Shown here: piece after piece, positions 54,907 to 64,000 of the stretch
Layout: each line of letters begins with the position of its first letter
Numbering within the stretch: the stretch's first letter is position 1
Origin: Pseudobdellovibrionaceae bacterium
GTDB lineage: Bacteria; Bdellovibrionota; Bdellovibrionia; Bdellovibrionales; Bdellovibrionaceae
Direction of reading: 5' to 3'
DNA length: 64,000 nucleotides
NCBI GenBank assembly: GCA_039810425.1
Contig: JBDHWW010000003.1
Span: forward strand, 4,121-68,120
Position numbers and translations under genes: made by a program
Notes under the pieces: model-generated
The model's database searches: none
What the model was told of the DNA's origin: nothing
Seen by the model: the letters and a program-made list of their open reading frames with translations, nothing else

Positions 54907-56995
54907 TGTTTAACTCCACCAAAGCGACGGATTGTACATTTGCGTCGGATGTTAATTCGTTGTGAGACAAAATCACCAGTTGCGGGATGAATCTGTGAGT
55001 CAGCTTAAATAGGTGCCGCCGTGAAGTCGGGCTTGTTAACAAGATCGGCTGACCCGCGATTTCGGGATGCGTTTCGACTGTGCGAGCAATCTCGCCGATC
55101 AAACGGTGCGCCGTATTTGGATCCATCACCAACTGAACGCCCTGTTCTGTTTGCAACAGGGAATTCGCAATCAACTCTTCAATCACCGGATGCAACGTCA
55201 TGACCGGAATATTGCCAAGTTCTGTCGTATATTTCGCCGTGATCGAGCGGGCCAAAGCACGACGAACATTCTCAGTAAGAACTTCAGTGTCTTTATTGCG
55301 AGGAGCTTCATCCGCCAGTGTTTCAAAGATGGTCAGTAAGTCACGAATAGAAACCTGCTCCTTGAGCAAGCCCTGCAATACACGCACAACAGCCCCCAAA
55401 GACATTTGATCCGGAATAAGCTCTTCGACCACTTTCGGATGGGACTTCTTGAAGTTCTCCACAAGGCTTGAAGCTTCCTGACGGCCAAGAAGTTCGTGGG
55501 CATGCGTACGTACGATCTCCGTTAAGTGAGTCGCCATGACTGTCGGCAAATCCACTACGGTATAGCCAGCCATTTCGGCCTCTTCCTTACGATTTGGTGA
55601 AACCCAAAGGGCATCCAAACCAAACGCGGGCTCTTTCGTGGCAATCCCCTCAATGCGCTCCACCACATTACCGGGATCCATCGCAAGCATAAATTCAGGA
55701 CGAAGAGTACCGCCACCGACTCGGTTGCCTTTAATAAGCACGCGGTATTCACCCGGAGCCAGCTGCAAGTTGTCACGGATATGAATACTTGGCACCACAA
55801 TCCCCAGATCAAGAGCAAACTGTTTACGGATACTGACGATCCGCTCGAGCAAATCACCGCTCTTGTCAGATTCAACGATGTTGATAAGACCGTAGCCAAC
55901 CTCGAGTTCGACAAGATCCAAAGGCAACATCGTTTCGATATTTTCTTTCTTTGGCGCAGAAGCTACCACTTCAGCCGCTTTTTTCTCGTTCTCTTCTTTT
56001 TCAGCTTTGTAACGCTTGATGACCCAAGAAACCGTTCCAAGAACAATCGCCATGAACAAGAACGGAACTGTGGGAAGGCCGGGCACCAAGGCCAGCAAGC
56101 CGATTACCGCAGCAGATATACCCACAGCGCGTGGGTTTACCAAAAGTTGCCCCGCGACCTCGGCACCCATGTTTTCATCAGTACTGGAACTTCGGGTCAC
56201 GATCATACCGGCTGCAGTCGAGATAATTAACGCCGGGATCTGTGCCAAAAGACCATCGCCGATTGTGAGCATGGTGTAATACTTGGCCGCTGTTGAAATA
56301 TCGAGGCCCTTTTGAATCACCCCAATCAAAAGTCCACCGATAATATTAATCAAAGTAATGATGATGCCGGCAATCGCATCACCACGTACGAACTTCGAGG
56401 CGCCGTCCATCGCACCGTAGAAGTCGGCTTCTTGTTCAATCTCTTTACGGCGTTTACGAGCGTCCGCCTCTGTGATCAAACCGGCATTTAAGTCGGCATC
56501 GATTGCCATTTGCTTGCCTGGCATCGCATCCAAGGTGAAACGCGCCGCAACCTCAGCGACGCGTCCAGAACCCTTGGTGATGACAATGAAGTTAATCACG
56601 ATCAAGATCATAAAGACGATGATACCGATCACGTAGTTATTACCAACAACGAAGTTGCCGAAGGCCTCGATCACGTCGCCGGCGGCATGCGTACCTTCAT
56701 GACCGTGAGTCAGAATCAAACGGGTTGTCGCCACGTTCATCGACAAACGGAACAAAGTCGTCATCAAGAGCAATGACGGGAACGACGTAAAATCGAGAGC
56801 ACGCTTTACGTAGATAGAAACCACCAGGATCAACAAGCTTAAAGACAAAGAAAAACTCAGGGTCAAGTCGAGCATCAAAGGAGGAAGCGGGATAATCATA
56901 ACCGCCAGGATCGCTAACAACCCGAAGGCAATGAATAGATCCGTATTCTTGGTGAATTTCTCGAATCTCTTGATGAATTGAAACAACGGTTCCAT
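54896..56995 (-). CDS. flhA: flagellar export apparatus protein FlhA
   Basis: 699 aa. FHIPEP-family N-terminal TM domain (...RFTLDAMPGKQMAIDADL...) plus a cytoplasmic domain. Confidence 0.95.
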   Translation of the reverse strand: MEPLFQFIKRFEKFTKNTDLFIAFGLLAILAVMIIPLPPLMLDLTLSFSLSLSLLILVVSIYVKRALDFTSFPSLLLMTTLFRLSMNVATTRLILTHGHEGTHAAGDVIEAFGNFVVGNNYVIGIIVFMILIVINFIVITKGSGRVAEVAARFTLDAMPGKQMAIDADLNAGLITEADARKRRKEIEQEADFYGAMDGASKFVRGDAIAGIIITLINIIGGLLIGVIQKGLDISTAAKYYTMLTIGDGLLAQIPALIISTAAGMIVTRSSSTDENMGAEVAGQLLVNPRAVGISAAVIGLLALVPGLPTVPFLFMAIVLGTVSWVIKRYKAEKEENEKKAAEVVASAPKKENIETMLPLDLVELEVGYGLINIVESDKSGDLLERIVSIRKQFALDLGIVVPSIHIRDNLQLAPGEYRVLIKGNRVGGGTLRPEFMLAMDPGNVVERIEGIATKEPAFGLDALWVSPNRKEEAEMAGYTVVDLPTVMATHLTEIVRTHAHELLGRQEASSLVENFKKSHPKVVEELIPDQMSLGAVVRVLQGLLKEQVSIRDLLTIFETLADEAPRNKDTEVLTENVRRALARSITAKYTTELGNIPVMTLHPVIEELIANSLLQTEQGVQLVMDPNTAHRLIGEIARTVETHPEIAGQPILLTSPTSRRHLFKLTHRFIPQLVILSHNELTSDANVQSVALVELNNAG

Positions 56996-58059
56996 TATCT
57001 TCTCACCTTTTTACGTAACTTATAAACATACGAAAGAACTTCTGCGACCGCGACGAACAGCTCACGAGGAATCACCTGGCCGATTTTGAGGGTTTTATAA
57101 ATTGTGCGCGCCAGCGGTTTATTCTCCACAATCGGAATATTGTGCTCGCGTGCGACTTCTTTAATTTTCTCGGCCATGAAATCAGCACCTTTGGCCACGA
57201 TTTGTGGCGCCGGCAAATTCGCATCGTATTTCAATACCACCGCGATATGAGTCGGATTCGTGATGACGACGTCGGCTTTAGGAATGGCGTCCATCATACG
57301 CTTACTCGCACGCTCCCGTTGCAAGCGGCGTACGCGGGCCTTGATCATCGGATCCCCTTCGCGGGACTTGGCTTCTTCTTTCACCTCTTGCTTGGTCATC
57401 ATCATTTCGCGCTCAAGTTTCCAGCGCTGAAAAAAATAGTCCGCAGCGGAAAGAACCAGCAACATCATGCCGATACCACCAAGCAGGCGAACGACAATAC
57501 CACCGATGTATTGAAGAATGCCTTCGAGGGAGTAACCGATCAGATAAGGAATCTTCACCACTTCTGAACGAAGCAAGAAGTACAGAACCATGCCAATAAA
57601 AAGTAATTTTAAAAACGACTTCAAGCCCTCAACCAGAGCCCGCATACTGAAGACGCGTTTAAACCCTTCAATCGGATTCAACTTGTTGAAGTCCGGGCTC
57701 ATCGCGTCTTCGACTTGCATGAAACCGACTTGGGCGATTGACGAGATAGCGCTGATCAAAGCGGCAACCGCCATCACCGGCGCAATCAACACAAACATCT
57801 TCTGCGCACTGAACGCCATTGCCTCCGTAAAGTTGCCCGAGCGGATTGTGGCCACAAGCTGTGGACCAAACGAGTAGTTGAAAACTTCAAAAATGTTTTG
57901 AAAAAAGAAGCGACTGAGGGCAAAAATGCCCCCCGCAAATGTCAACAATAGCAGGCAGGACGCCAACTCTTTTGTTTGCGCCACCTGGCCACGTCTGCGG
58001 AAGTCTTCCCTCCGCGCATCCGTCGCCTGTTCCGTCTTCTCTTCTTGATCCTCTGCCAC
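56995..58059 (-). CDS. flhB: flagellar export apparatus protein FlhB
   Basis: KTEQATDARREDFRRRGQVAQTKE N-terminus, four TM segments and the NPTH autocleavage motif (VVITNPTHIAV). Confidence 0.95.
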   Translation of the reverse strand: MAEDQEEKTEQATDARREDFRRRGQVAQTKELASCLLLLTFAGGIFALSRFFFQNIFEVFNYSFGPQLVATIRSGNFTEAMAFSAQKMFVLIAPVMAVAALISAISSIAQVGFMQVEDAMSPDFNKLNPIEGFKRVFSMRALVEGLKSFLKLLFIGMVLYFLLRSEVVKIPYLIGYSLEGILQYIGGIVVRLLGGIGMMLLVLSAADYFFQRWKLEREMMMTKQEVKEEAKSREGDPMIKARVRRLQRERASKRMMDAIPKADVVITNPTHIAVVLKYDANLPAPQIVAKGADFMAEKIKEVAREHNIPIVENKPLARTIYKTLKIGQVIPRELFVAVAEVLSYVYKLRKKVRR

Positions 58060-58073
58060 CTAAATGTTCCTTC

Positions 58074-58841
58074 CTAGAACGCTAAGGCTTTCATTACCAA
58101 CAACATTTTCGTCTGTGTTAAATCCAAAATCCCGTTCATCTCCATGACGAGTAATGGAATGCAGATGAACATCAAAACAAAACCCAACATCAAAGTTACC
58201 GGCATACTGGTTACTAAAACATTGATTTGGGGCACCGCCCTGCCCAAGACTCCCATAGCGATGTTTGTAATCAAAATCGCGCCGATAACCGGAGCGCACA
58301 TTTTGATCGCCATGACCATCATGTCTTGGACAAAACCCGCCATCTCGGCAAACGGTCCCACCGAAAATTTTAATTGCGCCAATGGGATCAGTTCGTAACT
58401 TTGGGCGATTCCCATCACCAGCATGTGATGGCCATTCACCGCAAAAAAAATCAACGTCGCGATCGTGTTGTAAAAATGCTCCACCGTATTGCTGTTCTGA
58501 CCCAGCATCGGATTAAAAATCTGTGCTTGGCCCAAACCGATCGAAACTGAGATCAGCTCTCCCATCATACCCACCGCGAAGAAAAACAAACGGGTTAAGA
58601 AGCCTAAACTCAAGCCAACGGCCACTTCCCGGGCTGACAGCAAAACCAGGTCCTCCGTCAAACGAGCCACTTCACCGGCAGAGATTTGAATCGAAGGCAT
58701 TACGACCATCGAAAACACCACGGCCAAAAGGATTTTGATCGGAACGCTGATATTGCCCGAGCCAAAAACCACAGAAGAAACCACGAAGGAAATCATCCTC
58801 AAAAAGATGAGCCCGAACATGATGACTTGTGCTTCCGACAT
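58074..58841 (-). CDS. fliR: flagellar export apparatus protein FliR
   Basis: A multi-TM protein between fliQ and flhB. ATG at 58841 (MSEAQ...). The track start at 58853 is TTG. Confidence 0.85.
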   Translation of the reverse strand: MSEAQVIMFGLIFLRMISFVVSSVVFGSGNISVPIKILLAVVFSMVVMPSIQISAGEVARLTEDLVLLSAREVAVGLSLGFLTRLFFFAVGMMGELISVSIGLGQAQIFNPMLGQNSNTVEHFYNTIATLIFFAVNGHHMLVMGIAQSYELIPLAQLKFSVGPFAEMAGFVQDMMVMAIKMCAPVIGAILITNIAMGVLGRAVPQINVLVTSMPVTLMLGFVLMFICIPLLVMEMNGILDLTQTKMLLVMKALAF

Positions 58842-58864
58842 TGCGTAGAACAAATGCGTCCCCT

Positions 58865-59137
58865 TTATTCCCGTACAATCGTGGCAATATTCTCAAACAA
58901 ACTGACTGTGTAATTGCTCATCACGTCCATCATCCAGGGACCGGCGAGCACAAATACCAACGCAACTACGATCATCTTTGGAATGAACGTCAGCGTTGAT
59001 TCATTGATCTGAGTCAAAGCTTGGAAGATGCTCACGGCCAATCCGATGACCAGCGTGCTCAACAGCATAGGGGCCGCCAACATTGCTGTCGTGCGAAGGG
59101 CGTCTTGCCCTAACTTGATAATAATCTCTTCAGTCAT
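58865..59137 (-). CDS. fliQ: flagellar export apparatus protein FliQ
   Basis: 90 aa with two TM segments. ...LAVSIFQALTQINESTLTFIPK... is the FliQ signature. Confidence 0.9.
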   Translation of the reverse strand: MTEEIIIKLGQDALRTTAMLAAPMLLSTLVIGLAVSIFQALTQINESTLTFIPKMIVVALVFVLAGPWMMDVMSNYTVSLFENIATIVRE

Positions 59138-59146
59138 CGTCCACTC

Positions 59147-59887
59147 CTACCCAAAACTCTTCACCATCGAACCGATGAGAAGGCCCCAGCCGTCAACCAA
59201 AACAAAGAGCATAATTTTAAATGGCAGTGAAATTACTACCGGCGGCAACATCATCATACCCATTGCCATTAAGACACTTGAAGCGACGATATCGATCACT
59301 AAGAACGGTAAGAAAATGATAAATCCAATCTGGAATGCCGTTTTTAGCTCAGACACAACGAAAGCGGGAACCAAAACGATCGTAGGAACGTCCGCACGAG
59401 TTTTGGGTGCTTCGATTTTCGCTAACTTCACGAACAACGCCAGATCTTGGTCACGGGTCTGATGGAACATGAACTTCCGAAGTGGCGCCAATGAGTTTTC
59501 CAGAGCCGCGTCTTGGGAAATTTTTCCCGCCAAATACGGCTGCACACCTGTTTCATTAATCTCTTTAAAGGCCGGCCCCATCACGAAAAAGGTCAGGAAT
59601 AAAGACAAGCCCACCAACAGTTGGTTTGGCGGCATTTGCTGAATACCCATCGCTTGCCTTAAAAAGGACAAAACAATAATGATACGAGTAAAGCCCGTCA
59701 TCAGAATCAAGATCGCCGGCGCTAAAGTCAGCACCGTCATGATCAGAACCAATTTAATGGCGTTGACCACTTCATTTGGGTTGTCCGTTGTTTTAAAACC
59801 CAAATTCACTGTTGGCAAAGTCACTTGTTGTGCCATCGCCCAGGAGCCGAAAAGAACGATACCCGCCATCAGTAAGAGTTTTTTCAC
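59147..59887 (-). CDS. fliP: flagellar export apparatus protein FliP
   Basis: ...[37 protein letters not shown]... and ...[25 protein letters not shown]... are canonical FliP. Confidence 0.95.
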   Translation of the reverse strand: MKKLLLMAGIVLFGSWAMAQQVTLPTVNLGFKTTDNPNEVVNAIKLVLIMTVLTLAPAILILMTGFTRIIIVLSFLRQAMGIQQMPPNQLLVGLSLFLTFFVMGPAFKEINETGVQPYLAGKISQDAALENSLAPLRKFMFHQTRDQDLALFVKLAKIEAPKTRADVPTIVLVPAFVVSELKTAFQIGFIIFLPFLVIDIVASSVLMAMGMMMLPPVVISLPFKIMLFVLVDGWGLLIGSMVKSFG

Positions 59888-60570
59888 TGGAAAGACCTCA
59901 TGCCCTTCAACTTCTTCGAAACAACATCTTTAACCCCGCGGATCGAAAACTCTTCCTCATCTTCCGCATCCATGGTCGCGTCCGGGGCCGTCTTCGCCGC
60001 CGGCGTGTACTTCGTTGCAGGTACGTTCGCGAAAGTGTCCGCGAAGTTACCGCTGTGAATTTCCTCTGGAACCTCGTCATCCAACAAAGCCAAGGACTTG
60101 ATCATATTGATGTTCTGGTCTGTCACGCCGATCAGGATGCTTTCACCTGCAACGCGAATGATTGCCAATGACTTCTTTGGACCCAAATAGTGCTGAGTCA
60201 GCACCTTAATTTCGTTATTCTTACCGGCCGCAAAACTCGTCTTAGAGTATTTGCGCATGTAAATATAGGCGCCTGTGCCAAGAACACCCATCATTGAAAC
60301 AATCAGAATCAATCTGAAAATAGGGGAACCATCCTCTGAAGCTTTCTTGGGGGAACTCAGGTTCAAAGGAATTTCTGATTCTTTTTTGCTTTCAACAACC
60401 GCATCTTTATTCTCGGCCGTCGTACCCACTGCCACCGGCGCGGTCTCCGTTTTCGCAGCTTCAGCCACCGCCACGGTTTCAGCCACGTTTGCGGGTTCTT
60501 TTGCCGAAACCGTCAAACTAACCATTAATAAAGATGCAACTAGTAACAAGCGCATGAATACCTCGTTCAT
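59884..60570 (-). CDS. fliO: FliO-like protein, unusually long (228 aa)
   Basis: Positioned between fliN and fliP, with a TAATG coupling at 60570. It has a signal-like N-terminus, an Ala/Val/Glu/Thr-rich spacer and a single TM segment [22 protein letters not shown], then [26 protein letters not shown]. Confidence 0.7.
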   Translation of the reverse strand: MNEVFMRLLLVASLLMVSLTVSAKEPANVAETVAVAEAAKTETAPVAVGTTAENKDAVVESKKESEIPLNLSSPKKASEDGSPIFRLILIVSMMGVLGTGAYIYMRKYSKTSFAAGKNNEIKVLTQHYLGPKKSLAIIRVAGESILIGVTDQNINMIKSLALLDDEVPEEIHSGNFADTFANVPATKYTPAAKTAPDATMDAEDEEEFSIRGVKDVVSKKLKGMRSFQ

Positions 60571-60974
60571 TATTTCAACTGCTCAATACGTTCGGTCGGG
60601 CTGATGATATCTGTCAGACGCACGCCGAATTTTTCATTGACTACAACTGCTTCGCCGCGGGCGATGAGCTTTTCGTTCACATAGACTTCCATCGGCTCAC
60701 CGGCCAGTTTAGCAAGTTCGATCACACTTCCTTGAGTGAGATTCAACAACTCGCTCACAGGCATTTTCGTGCGGCCCAATTCCACTGTCACGCGAAGTGG
60801 AATATCCAAAATTAATTGCAAGTTTTTATCTTTCGGTCCACCGGCGCCGCCACCGCTCATACCGCCGGCACCACCACCTCCGCCCGTATCGCCCCCGCCT
60901 TTACCCGCGAGCGCATCGTTCATTGCGGCGGCTTCTTCCGCGAGCTGATCGGCTAGATTCTCTAAATCGTTCAT
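60570..60974 (-). CDS. fliN: flagellar motor switch protein FliN
   Basis: The SpoA domain ILDIPLRVTVELGRTKMPVSELLNLTQGSVIELAKLAGEPMEVYVNEKLIARGEAVVVNEKFGVRLTDI is preceded by a poly-Gly linker. Confidence 0.95.
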   Translation of the reverse strand: MNDLENLADQLAEEAAAMNDALAGKGGGDTGGGGGAGGMSGGGAGGPKDKNLQLILDIPLRVTVELGRTKMPVSELLNLTQGSVIELAKLAGEPMEVYVNEKLIARGEAVVVNEKFGVRLTDIISPTERIEQLK

Positions 60975-60986
60975 GATGGCATCCCC

Positions 60987-61991
60987 CTATTTCTCAATTG
61001 GACGTGTGACTTGTACTGCCACCGTTCCGTGATGAATTCCGTAGTAACCTTTAAACTTTTTAACATTCTCAATTTGAATATCGATTTCACCGGTCGCATC
61101 CTGGTCCAGAGGAATCACGTCACCGATTTTCATACCCATCAAATCCTGAAGTAAAATCTCTGTTTGGCCGAGGTTTACTTTCACTTCACAGTTTGTTTCC
61201 AACAATTGCTCTTTGATGATCGCCGTCCAAAGTTTTTTATCTGTTTGATCAGACTCAACTTGGAAACCTGATTGGAGTTTTTGCTTAATAGGTTCGATGG
61301 TTGCGTAGGGAACGACTACTGATATAGTTCCTGTCGCATTTTCCAATTCCACGTCGAAAGTAGAAGCAATAACCACATCTGTCGGGGGAACGATACCGAC
61401 GAACTGGGGGTTCACCTCAGTACGTACGAAAGAACAGTCAATCTTCTCAACCGAAGCCCAAGCATTTTCCAAATCATTGATTGCGAGCTCCACGACCTTT
61501 TTAACAATCGAAAGTTCGATCTGTGTAAATTCCTTGCCGTCGATTTTAGTATAGGGGCGGTCCGCGCCGCCGAAGAAGCTGTCCACCAAAGCGTAGGCAA
61601 GTTTACTTTCGATCACCATCAAAGCCGAACCACGAAGAGAACCGAAACGCAGAACCGACATGCATGTCGGCATCGGCAAAGTATTGATAAACTCGCCGAA
61701 TTTCAAAAACTCAGTGCTTGTGAGCGTAATGGAGGCAATCTTACGCAGCGTTGATGACAACGAAACGCGGAAGGCGCGCATGAATTTCTCGTAGATAACT
61801 TCGAGTTGCGGCAAGCGACCGCGGATAATACGGTCTTGGCTCGTTAAATCGTAGTTAACGACGTTCTTGCCGTCTGTCGCCTTGACCGAACCGGAGCTCT
61901 CCGTTTTCGGCGTATCAGCGGTCGTCACCTCACCATCGGAGACGGCGGCTAAGAGCGCATCTACTTCACTTTGTGACAGGACCTGATTCAT
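60987..61991 (-). CDS. fliM: flagellar motor switch protein FliM
   Basis: N-terminal LSQSEVDALL (CheY-P-binding-type motif), a middle domain and a C-terminal SpoA-like domain. Confidence 0.95.
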   Translation of the reverse strand: MNQVLSQSEVDALLAAVSDGEVTTADTPKTESSGSVKATDGKNVVNYDLTSQDRIIRGRLPQLEVIYEKFMRAFRVSLSSTLRKIASITLTSTEFLKFGEFINTLPMPTCMSVLRFGSLRGSALMVIESKLAYALVDSFFGGADRPYTKIDGKEFTQIELSIVKKVVELAINDLENAWASVEKIDCSFVRTEVNPQFVGIVPPTDVVIASTFDVELENATGTISVVVPYATIEPIKQKLQSGFQVESDQTDKKLWTAIIKEQLLETNCEVKVNLGQTEILLQDLMGMKIGDVIPLDQDATGEIDIQIENVKKFKGYYGIHHGTVAVQVTRPIEK

Positions 61992-62000
61992 GTTCGACCT

Positions 62001-62546
62001 CTAGTTATAGATAAATTCAGTGAAGAACACGTTAGAGATCTTTCCTTTCACCAGGAAAGAATTGATGGTGTCCTTAATTTCATTTCTGAGATTGTCTTTA
62101 CCTTCTCGAGTCGAAACTTCCTCGTAGGTCTTGCTAGAGAGAATGATGATAATAATGTCGCGTACTTGAGCTTTGCGCTTGTCGATCTCTTCCTGAACCG
62201 CGGGGCCCCTTACTTCAAGCTCGATGCTTACGCTAGCAAGCTTTCGGCCCTTAGAGCCTGCAAGATTGATGATGAACTTCTCTAATGGAATGATTTGACC
62301 GACGAATTTCTTTTCTTCGGTATTTTCTTTTTCATGATCTTGGGCTTCTTTTTCGCCCTTAATCACTTGCTCGATTTTAGGTTCTGCCGCTTCTTTTTGT
62401 TTGCCTTTATAAAGCATGAAGCCCACGCCGGCGACCACCAACATGTTAATAACTGCCAGGGCAATCAGAATGATATTGTTTTTCCCGCCACTAGATGGCG
62501 CCGCTGCTGGTTCTACTGCCGCTGCCGCCGCTTTTTCCTCTGCCAC
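62001..62546 (-). CDS. fliL: flagellar basal-body-associated protein FliL
   Basis: Single TM segment (IILIALAVINMLVVAGVGFML) and a FliL C-domain (IIPLEKFIINLAG...ASVSIELEV...). GTG at 62546 lies 5 nt after AAGGAGG. The track TTG at 62609 falls inside the sigma-54 promoter. Confidence 0.85.
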   Translation of the reverse strand: MAEEKAAAAAVEPAAAPSSGGKNNIILIALAVINMLVVAGVGFMLYKGKQKEAAEPKIEQVIKGEKEAQDHEKENTEEKKFVGQIIPLEKFIINLAGSKGRKLASVSIELEVRGPAVQEEIDKRKAQVRDIIIIILSSKTYEEVSTREGKDNLRNEIKDTINSFLVKGKISNVFFTEFIYN

Positions 62547-62592
62547 TTCATCCTCCTTGATGAATAGACACACCGATCTCAGTAAGTTATTA

Positions 62593-62608
62593 AGCAACGT
62601 TAGTGCCA
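62593..62608 (-). promoter_or_regulatory. sigma-54 promoter of the fliL-fliA operon
   Basis: The minus strand reads TTGGCACTAACGTTGCTT, i.e. TGGCAC-N5-TTGCT with GG-N10-GC spacing. It lies about 45 nt upstream of the fliL GTG. Confidence 0.7.
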
Positions 62609-62738
62609 ACGCGACATCGGTCTAGTCGAGTCACGGTTTTGGCATGTCAGATAGAACTAATGAAATCTGGGAAATTTTTGCCGCTCGATCTGGACCCGGC
62701 AAGCTCCAAAATCCCGATAGGCAGAGTCAGCCTTTTGA

Positions 62739-62753
62739 CGGCAAATTTTGCCG
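62739..62753. promoter_or_regulatory. 7-1-7 inverted repeat, candidate enhancer-binding-protein (UAS) site
   Basis: CGGCAAA-T-TTTGCCG, about 140 bp upstream of the -24/-12 element. That is the usual distance for bEBP sites. Confidence 0.35.
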
Positions 62754-62848
62754 CACCAACCTTAGTCGAGGGCGACCAGGCAAAGAGGCGGGGGGCCTTA
62801 ATGCCGTGCGAATCACCTGCTCTAAAACGGAGGGCCAAATATATCAAA

Positions 62849-62883
62849 GAAAAAAATCAACCAACTGAAAAACTCGCTTGGTT
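62849..62883 (-). terminator. candidate Rho-independent terminator of the upstream membrane-protein gene
   Basis: The minus strand has AACCAA-13 nt-TTGGTT followed by GATTTTTTTC. The stem is short at 6 bp. Confidence 0.4.
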
Positions 62884-62905
62884 CGGGATTTAATCTTTCA
62901 AATGG

Positions 62906-64000
62906 TTAATTCGCAAAAACATCTGCACAGCGGGCGTTGAATGGGTTTTGTATTAGTCCCTTCATAACCGCTTGCGCAAACCGCGTTTCAATAAAGGTCG
63001 TTATCTTCGTGTTATTCAAGTATACGACAAGGCCGACGATACCAGACGTTGCCAAAGCTCCCCACGGGGACAGGCCATACACGCTCGGGCTAAAAAGCAT
63101 GGCCGTTGCCGCAAAATAACCCAGAAGAATGGATCGTGTCTCCTGCACTCGGCGGAAAACCCATTTCGAAGCCGGCTGAATGCGTTCGTCAATCGAAGCA
63201 ATATTCTCGGACCAGGCAAAGGATGCCACGCTCGACACTAGGCTCATCATTATCGGCACAGTCAACAGATGCATGTCCACTGTTCCATCAACGAGTCGAT
63301 CGAAGGAGAGGAAAGGAACCCGCGATAAGTTAATTAAACTTGAGAGCGCAAAGCTCGAAGTAAACAGCATACTGACGTCTGCAAAAGACTTCGCTTTAAG
63401 TTGGTCTGTTTTATAAATAAATTTGCTAAAAAATGAATAGAAGGGTTTCGTCGCATGGGACCAGCTATCTTTGTTAAGGCCGAATGCAACTGCGGTCATT
63501 ACGGTGAAAACTATATTAGCGGTTCTTTCGAAACTCGAAAGATGGCTCGCATGAATCCATACATAAGAATCGACAAGAGTATTAAAGGTTACAATCACGA
63601 GACCCCATTTATCGGCTTTCGCCGAAGTGACAACCTTCGCAGGATAAGCTCTTAGCAGCGCCGAGAAGTTCTTTGCCTTAGATTCTTTTCCCGCACGCGG
63701 AAGCGGCATCAACGCCACGTTTTCTTTTTTCAACTGAGCCGTACCGACCAAAATGTCTTCTAGATCCGAAGACACGATGACATTTTTATCAGTCTTCTCA
63801 ACGTGTTTTTTAATTTGAGCAAGAACCTCGGCCTCAGAGGCCACTTCCGGCAGCTCGACTTGAATATTCGTCGCCGCACTACCCGCCCCAACACTGAGCT
63901 GTACAGAGATGTCTTCACGAATAGGAATTCTCTGTTGAGCAAACAGAGTCTCGGCAGAAAAGAAAGCCAGCAGAATAAAAAGCGATGTGCGACGTACAAC
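62906..64000 (-). CDS. multi-TM membrane protein with an N-terminal signal sequence; 5' end lies just outside the window
   Basis: The frame stays open upstream of the track's GTG (63844) to the window edge. The upstream reading ...VVRRTSLFILLAFFSAETLFAQQ looks like a signal peptide, so the true start is off-window. No motif recognised. Confidence 0.65.
   Translation of the reverse strand, partial: VVRRTSLFILLAFFSAETLFAQQRIPIREDISVQLSVGAGSAATNIQVELPEVASEAEVLAQIKKHVEKTDKNVIVSSDLEDILVGTAQLKKENVALMPLPRAGKESKAKNFSALLRAYPAKVVTSAKADKWGLVIVTFNTLVDSYVWIHASHLSSFERTANIVFTVMTAVAFGLNKDSWSHATKPFYSFFSKFIYKTDQLKAKSFADVSMLFTSSFALSSLINLSRVPFLSFDRLVDGTVDMHLLTVPIMMSLVSSVASFAWSENIASIDERIQPASKWVFRRVQETRSILLGYFAATAMLFSPSVYGLSPWGALATSGIVGLVVYLNNTKITTFIETRFAQAVMKGLIQNPFNARCADVFAN

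Noticed and set aside
62603-62893. Three overlapping track ORFs (96, 74 and 66 aa) between fliL and the next gene
   Set aside because: The region carries the sigma-54 promoter, a candidate UAS and a terminator. The ORFs lack RBSs and overlap each other in different frames.

Overview
Gene-dense chromosomal window with about 60 protein genes, roughly 50% GC by eye, and no rRNA, tRNA, CRISPR array, transposase or integrase that I could recognise. The gene content (sheath-less core flagellar export operon, Tad/Flp pilus genes, many lipoproteins, Lys/Ala-rich histone-H1-like tails, PilZ) is reminiscent of a Bdellovibrio-like predatory Gram-negative bacterium. That taxonomic guess is inference only.

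Layout, left to right:
- 1-4.5 kb: a minus-strand operon of a beta-barrel OMP, an 855-aa lipoprotein and a GT-C-like membrane protein.
- 4.8-9.0 kb: a marR-emrA-emrB-tolC efflux operon with a tandem palindromic operator.
- 9.0-10.3 kb: a YcgR-like PilZ gene bracketed by a 16-bp inverted repeat and two tiny ORFs.
- 10.3-11.8 kb: a lipoprotein with a strict 11-residue repeat and a HAMP-like membrane protein.
- 11.7-15.0 kb: smpB followed by an AT-richer islet holding a GNAT remnant, a MerR regulator fused to a degenerate Mur-ligase-like domain flanked by perfect 33-bp direct repeats, and an HNH endonuclease.
- 15.0-18.4 kb: rsmA, tsaD, cpoB, a DUF4398 lipoprotein and pal.
- 18.6-21.5 kb: a divergent 978-aa protein combining HExxH, beta-propeller and beta-barrel regions.
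- 21.6-28.5 kb: small secreted proteins, an O-antigen-ligase-like gene, an SLBB export gene, a coiled-coil protein and a DUF2723 GT-C gene.
- 28.5-32.8 kb: rlmI-like, phytase-like, Rieske oxygenase and folD.
- 33.4-44.0 kb: a Tad/Flp pilus locus (flp, three pseudopilin-like genes, cpaB-like, cpaC, cpaF). It is split by a 5.3-kb four-gene module that includes a very unusual Gly/Met/Gln-rich repeat protein. It lacks tadB/tadC, tadZ and a prepilin peptidase.
- 44.0-51.8 kb: a sigma-28-promoted FlgM-like gene, an OYE flavoenzyme, aspS, an RpoH-like sigma factor with an H1-like N-terminal extension, an amber-interrupted lipoprotein gene, an EEP nuclease/phosphatase and a lipoprotein.
- 51.9-62.6 kb: a 12-gene flagellar operon fliLMNOPQR-flhBAFG-fliA behind a near-consensus sigma-54 promoter.

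All functional calls come from reading motifs in the supplied translations. No database search was run. GC differences were hand-counted on a few lines only.
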